Part shown: positions 56,022 to 63,710 of the stretch, in pieces
How the letters are laid out: each line of letters starts with the position of its first letter
Position numbering within the stretch: position 1 is the stretch's first letter
Origin: a virus
Reading direction: 5' to 3' (one strand)
Virus record (IMG/VR): IMGVR_UViG_3300025096_000008
Location: 1 to 64,000 of that record
DNA: 64,000 nucleotides
Translations under genes and position numbers: made by a program
The notes under the pieces: generated by a model
What the model was told of the DNA's origin: nothing
What the model saw: only the letters and a program-made list of their open reading frames with translations
Database searches by the model: none

Positions 56022-56241
56022 TGTTACTGTGGTATTAGAACATCCAGCCTATTCAGATCTGAGCTCTGTAATACTACAAGAGCATTTTGAGCTTAGATAT
56101 TTAGCACTAAGGTGCTATCACGAATTATCAAACATATATACAGAAGGACACTATAGTGTGGTTATCACTGAAGACGGCAAGCAATTTAGTCTGGATTCAC
56201 ATAACGACATACTTTGCCGAATGAGAGAAGAGGTGAAATGA
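56014..56241 (+). CDS. Hypothetical protein
   Basis: SD aaggaggt before ATG 56014. Confidence 0.6.
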   Translation: MNSVTVVLEHPAYSDLSSVILQEHFELRYLALRCYHELSNIYTEGHYSVVITEDGKQFSLDSHNDILCRMREEVK

Positions 56242-56281
56242 TTCAGCAATGGAGGGAATTATAAGATGGCAGGAATAGAAA

Positions 56282-56542
56282 ATGTATAATCTTTACACAT
56301 GCAACTCTGAACTAATTTTACAAGAGCTTGGCAGTTCTATTGAGGCTATCGATAGGAAACTACGATTCGACAGAGACCCAGAACTTATTGGGCAGCGAGA
56401 AGAATTGTATGATTTGAGAGAATGGGTTGAGTCGTACATGACACCTCGAAAGAGAGAGTCATCAAGTATGATCTATTATGATGCCAGATATCACAAAACC
56501 TGGCGAGCATTAAATGGGAGGAAATCAGATGAAAATTTTTGA
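56282..56542 (+). CDS. Hypothetical protein
   Basis: ORF chain. Confidence 0.55.
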   Translation: MYNLYTCNSELILQELGSSIEAIDRKLRFDRDPELIGQREELYDLREWVESYMTPRKRESSSMIYYDARYHKTWRALNGRKSDENF

Positions 56543-56783
56543 AAAAATGATCGGTATGAAAAAGAGATGTGAGGTGGGAATATCAGTCCTTCTTCTTGCT
56601 GTTAGCCTTTTTTGTTTATTCATTTGTCTTGAGGGTGTGGCTATGATAGTCAGGCATGATGTCGCTACAGCGATAAATGTCCTTTTTCTAGGGCTATTGC
56701 TCTCGATAAATGGTGCAGCAGTGTTTTTCAATCTTACGAGGCTATCGAATGCCATCCGAGAGAGACTCAAGAGCTATGACTAG
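56529..56783 (+). CDS. Two-TM membrane protein
   Basis: SD ggagg; two hydrophobic helices. Confidence 0.6.
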   Translation: MKIFEKMIGMKKRCEVGISVLLLAVSLFCLFICLEGVAMIVRHDVATAINVLFLGLLLSINGAAVFFNLTRLSNAIRERLKSYD

Positions 56784-56973
56784 TGGTGATTGGCACCCGG
56801 CAGTTGGCGATATGGTTCAAGTAACCCTCCAGAAGATTCCAAGTGTAGGAATGATCATTGACTTACGAGGTGAAGAGATCATTGTGAAGGGTGCCTGGTG
56901 GCAAGAAGTTTTTAGGAAGGAAGAGGTGACTTACATCCACCCAGAATCTGAAAAGGGAGAAGAAGAATGTTGA
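56776..56973 (+). CDS. Small KOW/SH3-like protein
   Basis: PAVGDMVQV...VGMII...IIVK. Confidence 0.5.
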   Translation: MTSGDWHPAVGDMVQVTLQKIPSVGMIIDLRGEEIIVKGAWWQEVFRKEEVTYIHPESEKGEEEC

Positions 56974-57194
56974 AGAAATTATTTACAAAACACCCAAACG
57001 AAGTTGGCGAAACTTACTGGCAGCACTTTCGAGTGGCTTCAAAAATATCGTGGAGAAGCTTTCTTGCTTCGACGACTCAATTGATTCATGCTATTTTTCC
57101 ATTCTTCAAGCCTCCTCTCGGAACGGATGTGAATTCTATGAAAAATTTCCTCCAAGAAGTATCTCCTGATACTCGAAAAAAAAATAACCTATAA
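56967..57194 (+). CDS. DUF6356-like protein
   Basis: LFTKHPNEVGETYWQHF...LIHAIFPF. Confidence 0.7.
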   Translation: MLKKLFTKHPNEVGETYWQHFRVASKISWRSFLASTTQLIHAIFPFFKPPLGTDVNSMKNFLQEVSPDTRKKNNL

Positions 57195-57408
57195 GCGGGG
57201 CGACTTGGTTCAATACTGTCGGCTAACAGCCTACCCAAGAACGCCATGGGTAAAGGTGGGCATTGTGCTAGATAGCTTTGATGGAATGTATTCGGAGATC
57301 GTAGAAGTCTATTGGTTCGAAGAGCAGAACATAGAGATCATTTCATCACCATGGCTTGAAAAAACAGCCGAAGTGCCTGATATTGCTGATGAAAACATAA
57401 GTAGCTGA
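57166..57408 (+). CDS. Small KOW/SH3-like protein (start uncertain)
   Basis: YKRGDLVQY...VGIVL...VEVYWF; the motif begins upstream of the track TTG 57205. Confidence 0.5.
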   Translation: MILEKKITYKRGDLVQYCRLTAYPRTPWVKVGIVLDSFDGMYSEIVEVYWFEEQNIEIISSPWLEKTAEVPDIADENISS

Positions 57409-57489
57409 AAAGGTTATACTTTTTTTGGGACGAGATCTGGCTCTTGTAAGTGCCCGATATGTCTGTGTAAAAAAACTGTTATTATGTTC

Positions 57490-57518
57490 TTGACAGAGTG
57501 ATCTCTCTGTGTTACGAT
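57490..57518 (+). promoter_or_regulatory. sigma70-type promoter
   Basis: TTGACA-17-TACGAT with TG. Confidence 0.8.
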
Positions 57519-57552
57519 GGTCCTACAACATCAAGCGAAAGGGATCACCACT

Positions 57553-57837
57553 ATGTCACTCAAACTTACAACACTCGGATCAAACCAAACTGAGATCAAA
57601 ACAAGCAAACACACTGTCCTGTTTTCATATGAAACCCCAGTAGTGGCTCATACTCACTATGGCAACGGGCATAAGCCTGTGGTGTTCATCACTAACGGAG
57701 CAAATGAGGAAGGCAAGAAGATCCGGACTCGAACCACCTACGGACACATCAATTCTTATGTGAAAGATCTGCCTTCCAACTGGGAAAGGTTCGATGTCGA
57801 TCAGGAAGAACTAGAAAACATTTTGGCGAACGGATAA
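57553..57837 (+). CDS. Hypothetical early protein
   Basis: VLFSYETPVVA...TRTTYGHIN, a small-protein pattern common in phages. Confidence 0.7.
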   Translation: MSLKLTTLGSNQTEIKTSKHTVLFSYETPVVAHTHYGNGHKPVVFITNGANEEGKKIRTRTTYGHINSYVKDLPSNWERFDVDQEELENILANG

Positions 57838-57843
57838 AGCACA

Positions 57844-58071
57844 ATGAAACTGAAACATATGAGCGGCAAGCTTAAGGCATTAGTTATTCTAGACTTCTTC
57901 TTCTGGACTCTCTTCATTCTCGTTTTATTGATAGGAATAAAGGGACTCCACCTCTCGGGCATCCTGGGAATTGATGTGGTCTGGTGGAACTGGCTAGTGC
58001 TTCCTCCATGTGGCGGAGCAACAACAACCTTAGCGGGATTATATCTCGCGAGAAAAGAAGGGATACGATGA
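57844..58071 (+). CDS. Two-TM membrane protein
   Basis: Hydrophobic segments. Confidence 0.55.
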   Translation: MKLKHMSGKLKALVILDFFFWTLFILVLLIGIKGLHLSGILGIDVVWWNWLVLPPCGGATTTLAGLYLARKEGIR

Positions 58072-58382
58072 TGAAACAGGACTTCAAAAAAAAGCTAAAA
58101 GCACACGACTGGTATTATAGCTATAGTGATGATCACAATGTGTGGGAGCGAGGAAGGCGCCAGCTTCAGAACATTGTGGCACTGTACGACAGCACCAACT
58201 GCCCTTTTGATCTTGTGGAGCTTCGAAGGTGGGCTACGGGCATGGTCATAGGTCCATTTGCTGAAGAAGGACCAGACGAGTGGTACCTTCAGCCTCGAAA
58301 GTATAAGTGTACTGCCTCTGTCAAGAAAGCAGAGCTACTTACCACCGAGAGGAACCAGGAGATCGAAGTATGGTTCGAATAA
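58068..58382 (+). CDS. Hypothetical protein
   Basis: HDWYYSYSDDHNVWERG; ATGA overlap. Confidence 0.65.
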   Translation: MMKQDFKKKLKAHDWYYSYSDDHNVWERGRRQLQNIVALYDSTNCPFDLVELRRWATGMVIGPFAEEGPDEWYLQPRKYKCTASVKKAELLTTERNQEIEVWFE

Positions 58383-59014
58383 AGGACGACACCATTCCAG
58401 AGAGAATCAAAGAATGTCTGACCGTATTTGAGCGGCAAGGGAACTGGAACAGTATCAATATAGCCAAGTCGCTGCTAAGGCAACATGCCCAAAAGGGCGA
58501 ATTGAGCACCAAGCAGACTGCCATGGTTGAGATATGGGAAAGGGATTATACCCTCCCAGACGACAACTGGAAAGACGAATATTCAGCTTCGGAACAAGAG
58601 AGGAAATTGTTTGAAAAGGCAGTTAGCTATTTTGATAGCACCAACTCGCTTTACTATTACAGGCAACGAATCGCCTACTGTAAAGACCGAGAGGGGTACA
58701 TCCCAACCCGCCGAGACTTCAATAGGATGACCCAGAATAAGTATTTTGTTCGATGGCTGGAAGCTTCTGATGCAGAGCCCAAGTTTAGTCTGGGCGACTT
58801 GGTTGAGTCGCGCCAAGGCAGCGGCTCTCGTTGGAATCTAAGGGGGCTGCAATTTGTGATCACCAAAGTGATGGACGAGGTTGACCCTTGTAAAGGGGGA
58901 AGGTGGTATGCCGGGTATTCCATAACGGGAGAGGTGAAATACGGAAATCGGCTTTTCGAAAGCCGACGATTCACGAAGTTCAGAGAGAAAGAAGTAAAGA
59001 CTTTTAGAAAGTGA
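58370..59014 (+). CDS. Hypothetical protein with C-terminal KOW-like segment
   Basis: GELSTKQ...PKFSLGDLV; SD aggag. Confidence 0.65.
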   Translation: MVRIKDDTIPERIKECLTVFERQGNWNSINIAKSLLRQHAQKGELSTKQTAMVEIWERDYTLPDDNWKDEYSASEQERKLFEKAVSYFDSTNSLYYYRQRIAYCKDREGYIPTRRDFNRMTQNKYFVRWLEASDAEPKFSLGDLVESRQGSGSRWNLRGLQFVITKVMDEVDPCKGGRWYAGYSITGEVKYGNRLFESRRFTKFREKEVKTFRK

Positions 59015-59020
59015 GATAAT

Positions 59021-59296
59021 ATGAAGCCGATAAAGAAAAGTAAACTAAAGAAATATAAGGGAAGAATCTTAGACCTCCACAAGGTTAGCCATGCTGATGT
59101 TCCGGAGGTGCTATCTGCCTTCCTGTACAAGAGCATAGACAAAAAAAGAATGCCTGTGGAAGTCATTACGGGCAACAGCAGTGCTATGAGGGATGTTGTG
59201 AATAGTGTGGTAGACTACATGGGCTTTATGTCTATTAGACAGCCAGCTACGGACGAGGCGGGCAAGCTTGTCATTGACATAGAAGAGCTGGACTGA
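59021..59296 (+). CDS. Stand-alone Smr-like domain protein
   Basis: LDLHKV...VEVITGNS...GKLVI. Confidence 0.7.
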   Translation: MKPIKKSKLKKYKGRILDLHKVSHADVPEVLSAFLYKSIDKKRMPVEVITGNSSAMRDVVNSVVDYMGFMSIRQPATDEAGKLVIDIEELD

Positions 59297-59419
59297 TGGT
59301 AGTAGAAACATTCGGAATCGTTTTCTTTGTAGGCTATCTGATTCTAGCAGGCTGTGTTGCCTACTATTTGTGGTAGATATAAATCGGGGTTTTGCTGCTT
59401 GAAAGACTATTTATATATT

Positions 59420-59743
59420 ATGAGAATAATAATTGAAGGTAACGGCTCTTTATCAAAGCAGCAGTTACAGAAAATGTCTCCCGAGGAAGTGAAGGCTTAC
59501 TTCTCGTCTATAGAATCAGAGGAAGAGCCCAGGGTAGGTCCACCGCTTAAAGGCTCTCCCGACTTCAAGAACTCCGGCAAAACCGTCCCCAGCAATGAAG
59601 ATGATCGTATCCGCCAAGCCGTCCAGTATGTACTCCAGGATCCATCCGTCATGGACATGATAAAGAAGCACCTTTCTGGTGTGGCTGGAGCATCCCCCTT
59701 GGAACCAACGAAGCCAGGCAGGAAGAAGCCTGCTAGCGAGTAA
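59420..59743 (+). CDS. Hypothetical late protein
   Basis: ATG 5 nt after CTATTTAT. Confidence 0.6.
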   Translation: MRIIIEGNGSLSKQQLQKMSPEEVKAYFSSIESEEEPRVGPPLKGSPDFKNSGKTVPSNEDDRIRQAVQYVLQDPSVMDMIKKHLSGVAGASPLEPTKPGRKKPASE

Positions 59744-59748
59744 GAGCT

Positions 59749-60948
59749 ATGAAGCTATTGTTTGAGAACTGGCGAAGCCACCTAGAAGAAGGAATAAGCG
59801 ATATCGTCTATCACGGCACCAGCCTAGGTAGACTATCGGATATCGCCAAAGGCAACCGACTTATGACATCTGGTGTCTTCGGTGCTGATGCTGAAGAGAT
59901 CATCGGCAAGGGAAAGTTCTACTTTCTCTCTACGGCACGGTCCCCATCAGCCTTCAAGCATGGATATCCTTTGGTCAAGGACGGCAAAACTCGTATCACT
60001 CTAGACGGCAAGAAGATCGGACAGAAGTATTCGGGTGGACCAATAGATTACTGGCGGGATCGAACTAAAGGCGGCAAGTCAGAGATGGAAGATAGGATCA
60101 TAACAGACGATCCTTGGATAGAGAATGCTGCTGATTACATTACAGAGATAGTCGTCTACCTTCCGATCCTCAGAGGAAAGGCAACTGATTCAGACAGCAT
60201 CCTAGGATCAATTGCATCGGACAAGCCGACAAAATATGAATACATTCCCAACCGAGATATTGGATTTGCCGATATCAAAGCTCTAAAAGAGGTAAGCGAT
60301 TTTGCTCAATCCCACGGGATCCCTCTAAAGATAATACCGACAGAAGAAAAAGAAAGTGAGTTCTATATGAACAACCAGCCCTCAGCAGTATCCCACGACG
60401 AATTCGATAAAATGAGAAAAGAGTTAGACATAGACCCAGAGGAAAAAACACATCGTGGGAAGGAGCGAGATGCCTTCCACATAAAGCTAAGGAATGCGTC
60501 ATCCTATTCTCTTCTTCCTCCACTAATGGAACTGACCAAGATGCTGGATGCCGGCAACTTTAACTCATCCTCATCCGAGAAATGGTTTCCAACGAAAGAG
60601 GACATGCTGGAGGTCAAAACAGATTTGTACGAGTGGTCCAAGAAGCCAGACTTTGAGGAGTATCCACTACCAGAGTATGATGAGCCCGAAAAGCGAGAGC
60701 TACGAAGGAAGTTCCTGGAAGGGCAAGTGATAGTTACCAAGGAAGACATCGATGATGTTGAGGAAAGGCTCACTCGGTTTAAAAACGAGGCAGCCAGTGT
60801 GTTCGGTACCGACTTTCTAAGTGCTAGGACAGATCCTCGCCGAAGACCCTTCATTCAATTCTTTACGAAATACATGAGAAGCAAAAAGCTTGAGAATGTC
60901 ACTGAACTAGTCAAGCATCTAGAGCAAGAGCTCAGAAAAACTATTTAG
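59749..60948 (+). CDS. Putative internal head protein with ADP-ribosyltransferase-like domain
   Basis: Begins MKLLFENWRSHLEE; VYHGTS, FLSTARS and EMED. Confidence 0.55.
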   Translation: MKLLFENWRSHLEEGISDIVYHGTSLGRLSDIAKGNRLMTSGVFGADAEEIIGKGKFYFLSTARSPSAFKHGYPLVKDGKTRITLDGKKIGQKYSGGPIDYWRDRTKGGKSEMEDRIITDDPWIENAADYITEIVVYLPILRGKATDSDSILGSIASDKPTKYEYIPNRDIGFADIKALKEVSDFAQSHGIPLKIIPTEEKESEFYMNNQPSAVSHDEFDKMRKELDIDPEEKTHRGKERDAFHIKLRNASSYSLLPPLMELTKMLDAGNFNSSSSEKWFPTKEDMLEVKTDLYEWSKKPDFEEYPLPEYDEPEKRELRRKFLEGQVIVTKEDIDDVEERLTRFKNEAASVFGTDFLSARTDPRRRPFIQFFTKYMRSKKLENVTELVKHLEQELRKTI

Positions 60949-60958
60949 GGGGAGCAAG

Positions 60959-61150
60959 ATGAAGGTGGACCTAAAAACACTAGCAACCATCCTAGGTTTG
61001 ATAGCCCTAGTCGGCGGCTCTGTCGCTCACTTTGGAGGCTTCTATTACACCACCCAGCTAAGACTGGAAAGCCTAGAAGAGAAAACATCTAAGCTAGAAA
61101 AGAAGATCCAGAAGCAGGATCGGAAAAAGAACAAAGGGAAGAACAAATGA
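60959..61150 (+). CDS. Small N-terminal-TM coiled-coil protein
   Basis: TM helix then RLESLEEKTSKLEKK; CTATTTAG upstream. Confidence 0.6.
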   Translation: MKVDLKTLATILGLIALVGGSVAHFGGFYYTTQLRLESLEEKTSKLEKKIQKQDRKKNKGKNK

Positions 61151-61740
61151 AAAACTTACTTACACTGATCGTATCACTATCATTCCTCTCCGGATGTATG
61201 CTAGAGAGGCAATACGATGTAGTATCAGAGCAATCTATGGTAGCAAGCGGAGGCGACTACTATGACTTCCTTTCTAACTCCAGCGATACTTTTGTTGATA
61301 TTGTGGGCAGCAGTCTCCACGGTGTGGTGGGGCAGGTAGAGGATATAGAGACAGACCTCAGCTCTGTCTCTGGCTTCGACGAAGGAGACCATACTTATGT
61401 CGAGGTATTGATGACTGGTGTCCACGGATCCGCCATGGTCGCCTTTACTTTCTATGGAGGCATCACCCACCCAGATGTGGCACCAGGACATGTCCATCGA
61501 TTCGTGCCTTCTTCTGCCGAGAGATATAAAGATGATTTGCATGTAGAGGCTATTGTTTGTTCGGGAGCATTCCCTCACGAGTGGTCGTATGACGACATAG
61601 TGAACATAGTTGGTATCGAAGTAGAGCAACTCGTGGTGCCCAACGACGAACCACCAGCAGTTCGAATCAATTTTACCACAACGACTGAAGGCGACATTGT
61701 TACAGGTCATCTCGATGTTGTCGCCACCTCACAAGAATAG
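61147..61740 (+). CDS. Lipoprotein
   Basis: MKNLLTLIVSLSFLSG-C lipobox. Confidence 0.75.
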   Translation: MKNLLTLIVSLSFLSGCMLERQYDVVSEQSMVASGGDYYDFLSNSSDTFVDIVGSSLHGVVGQVEDIETDLSSVSGFDEGDHTYVEVLMTGVHGSAMVAFTFYGGITHPDVAPGHVHRFVPSSAERYKDDLHVEAIVCSGAFPHEWSYDDIVNIVGIEVEQLVVPNDEPPAVRINFTTTTEGDIVTGHLDVVATSQE

Positions 61741-61755
61741 AAAGGGGTCGTTCCT

Positions 61756-62652
61756 ATGTCTATCGAAGAATACAGAAATAGCAATAGAATAGAGCAACTT
61801 TACCACAAGGGGCAGAAAAACATCTGGGATGGTAGAGAATATCTCCAGGCATGTATCGAAAAGAACAACGGAATAAGCCTTACCCCAGAGAAAAAGAATG
61901 CCCTTGGAAACATTTTTAGCACCATCTTGTGGGGCGAACTGGCAGCCTGGAAGATATCTTCCATCCTGGCAGCCCGGCTCGAAGACGAGCCAGCCAGGAT
62001 GGCAGCGACATCACAAGCACATGACGAAGCCAGACACTTTTATGTGATGAGAGACTACCTCCGTTTCCTAGGAATAGAGACAGCCGATGTCCAAGGAATG
62101 AAGAGTCACTCCCAAGACTTTCTCCAGTCGATAATGGAAGCAGACACGACACCCAAAATGATACTAGGTATGCAAATGATGGTTGAGCCGATGGCTCTTA
62201 CTCTGTTCAAGGTAGTGAGAGAGAGGAACATCGAGCCTGTGCTATCGGACTTGCTTCTGATGTATGAAAAGGACGAGGCAAGACATGTGGCACTCGGAAC
62301 ATTATACCTTCCCAAGATGATGTCTGAAATGGGACCAATAGCCAAGGCAGATCTGCTCGTATGGCAATTCTTTAGGTATATGAAGCAGTTCGAGATGCTA
62401 AAGGAGCTAAAAGACGACTTCAGAGCTCTTGACACCCCTCCCAGAGAAGTCTTCCTTCTCGCCCGTAAGAAGCAAGCCAAGACTATGGAGCTCCTCTCAG
62501 AGGAGATGGGAGAGCGCTACCCGCTGATGGATACGATGCTGAAATTCATCGATTTCCGTAACGAGATAGACTTTCCAGAAGAAGAGTCGAAATACCTAGA
62601 TAGACTTCGAGCAGCGGCTCGGAAGACATACCTCAAACAACCATCCAAATAA
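61756..62652 (+). CDS. Ferritin-like di-iron protein (AurF-like)
   Basis: WGE...DEARH...VE...DEARH. Confidence 0.8.
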   Translation: MSIEEYRNSNRIEQLYHKGQKNIWDGREYLQACIEKNNGISLTPEKKNALGNIFSTILWGELAAWKISSILAARLEDEPARMAATSQAHDEARHFYVMRDYLRFLGIETADVQGMKSHSQDFLQSIMEADTTPKMILGMQMMVEPMALTLFKVVRERNIEPVLSDLLLMYEKDEARHVALGTLYLPKMMSEMGPIAKADLLVWQFFRYMKQFEMLKELKDDFRALDTPPREVFLLARKKQAKTMELLSEEMGERYPLMDTMLKFIDFRNEIDFPEEESKYLDRLRAAARKTYLKQPSK

Positions 62653-62666
62653 AACGAAAATACTGC

Positions 62667-62695
62667 TTGACATAGTGAAAATGATCTGCTATAAT
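62667..62695 (+). promoter_or_regulatory. sigma70-type promoter
   Basis: TTGACA-17-TATAAT with TG. Confidence 0.9.
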
Positions 62696-62750
62696 GGCTT
62701 ATGAGACTTGGTTAGCTAATTGAGTACCACTCAAAGAAAGGGCAAAGAAG

Positions 62751-63602
62751 ATGGGATACAATACTACGGGAGAGAGTCACACTAATGGTATTAGTGGAGA
62801 AAAGCTGGTATTAAAGTTGATTCGCGAAAACCGAGATCTTCAACTTGATCTGGATCCAGGCAGCACGTCAAAGACAAAAATATGTGAACTTGGAGGCACC
62901 AAGCAAACTGCCGATCTGGGATATGGTGAATCTCGAATTACCGTCAAGTCTAAGAAGGACAAAAAAAGCGGCACTACAGACTGGCTAAATACTAGCAGGG
63001 TGGGCGATCACCTCCCGAACACCATCGAGCTCTTAGCCTTGCAGGAAACAATCAAAAGCCTCAAAGGCAGCTTTGATTCTAGAACAAAAAGAGATTCACC
63101 CGAAGGAAAAGAAGCATGTGCCTCCGCTAAGAAAATGATAGAAGAAGATACCGATTCAGTCTTAGAATCTTTCCCCGAGTCATCACTCCGAGATTTTATC
63201 AAGCAGGTATACGAAAAACAAATCGAACAGCTTCACGTTATATACAACCTGGCTTATGACTCTAAGGTTTTGCTTTTCCATGGTAGTAGCCACCCAATCG
63301 GAAGGTACATATCCGATGGCGGCTGCTTTTTTCTAAAGAATACAAAGCGAAACGGAGACATATCGAATTCTCGAAAGATAATGTATAAAAAAGATAATCT
63401 TTCAGAAGAACAATATACGGGGTGGCGATTACGCATGGTACTAAATAACGGGACAGGAGCATTGCTAGCAGGAAAGCACTGGTCATCAAATCCAAGTTCC
63501 GTACTCACTTTAAAGATTCAGGAAGAGGGCTTCTCTAACATGGTAGCCCAATTGAAAGAAAGAAATTGTCTTAAGGAATATTCCCATTGTGAGGAGTATT
63601 GA
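62751..63602 (+). CDS. Putative restriction-endonuclease-like PD-(D/E)xK nuclease
   Basis: GISGEK...LGGTKQTADL...ITVKSK. Confidence 0.5.
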   Translation: MGYNTTGESHTNGISGEKLVLKLIRENRDLQLDLDPGSTSKTKICELGGTKQTADLGYGESRITVKSKKDKKSGTTDWLNTSRVGDHLPNTIELLALQETIKSLKGSFDSRTKRDSPEGKEACASAKKMIEEDTDSVLESFPESSLRDFIKQVYEKQIEQLHVIYNLAYDSKVLLFHGSSHPIGRYISDGGCFFLKNTKRNGDISNSRKIMYKKDNLSEEQYTGWRLRMVLNNGTGALLAGKHWSSNPSSVLTLKIQEEGFSNMVAQLKERNCLKEYSHCEEY

Positions 63603-63710
63603 CTTAAGTTGTCATTGTGAGGAGACTCTCTTCATGGCGACAATATGTGTGAGCATTGAGCTCATCACTTATAACCGTAGGCATTGAGTCCTACAAAGAA
63701 GGAAAATAAC

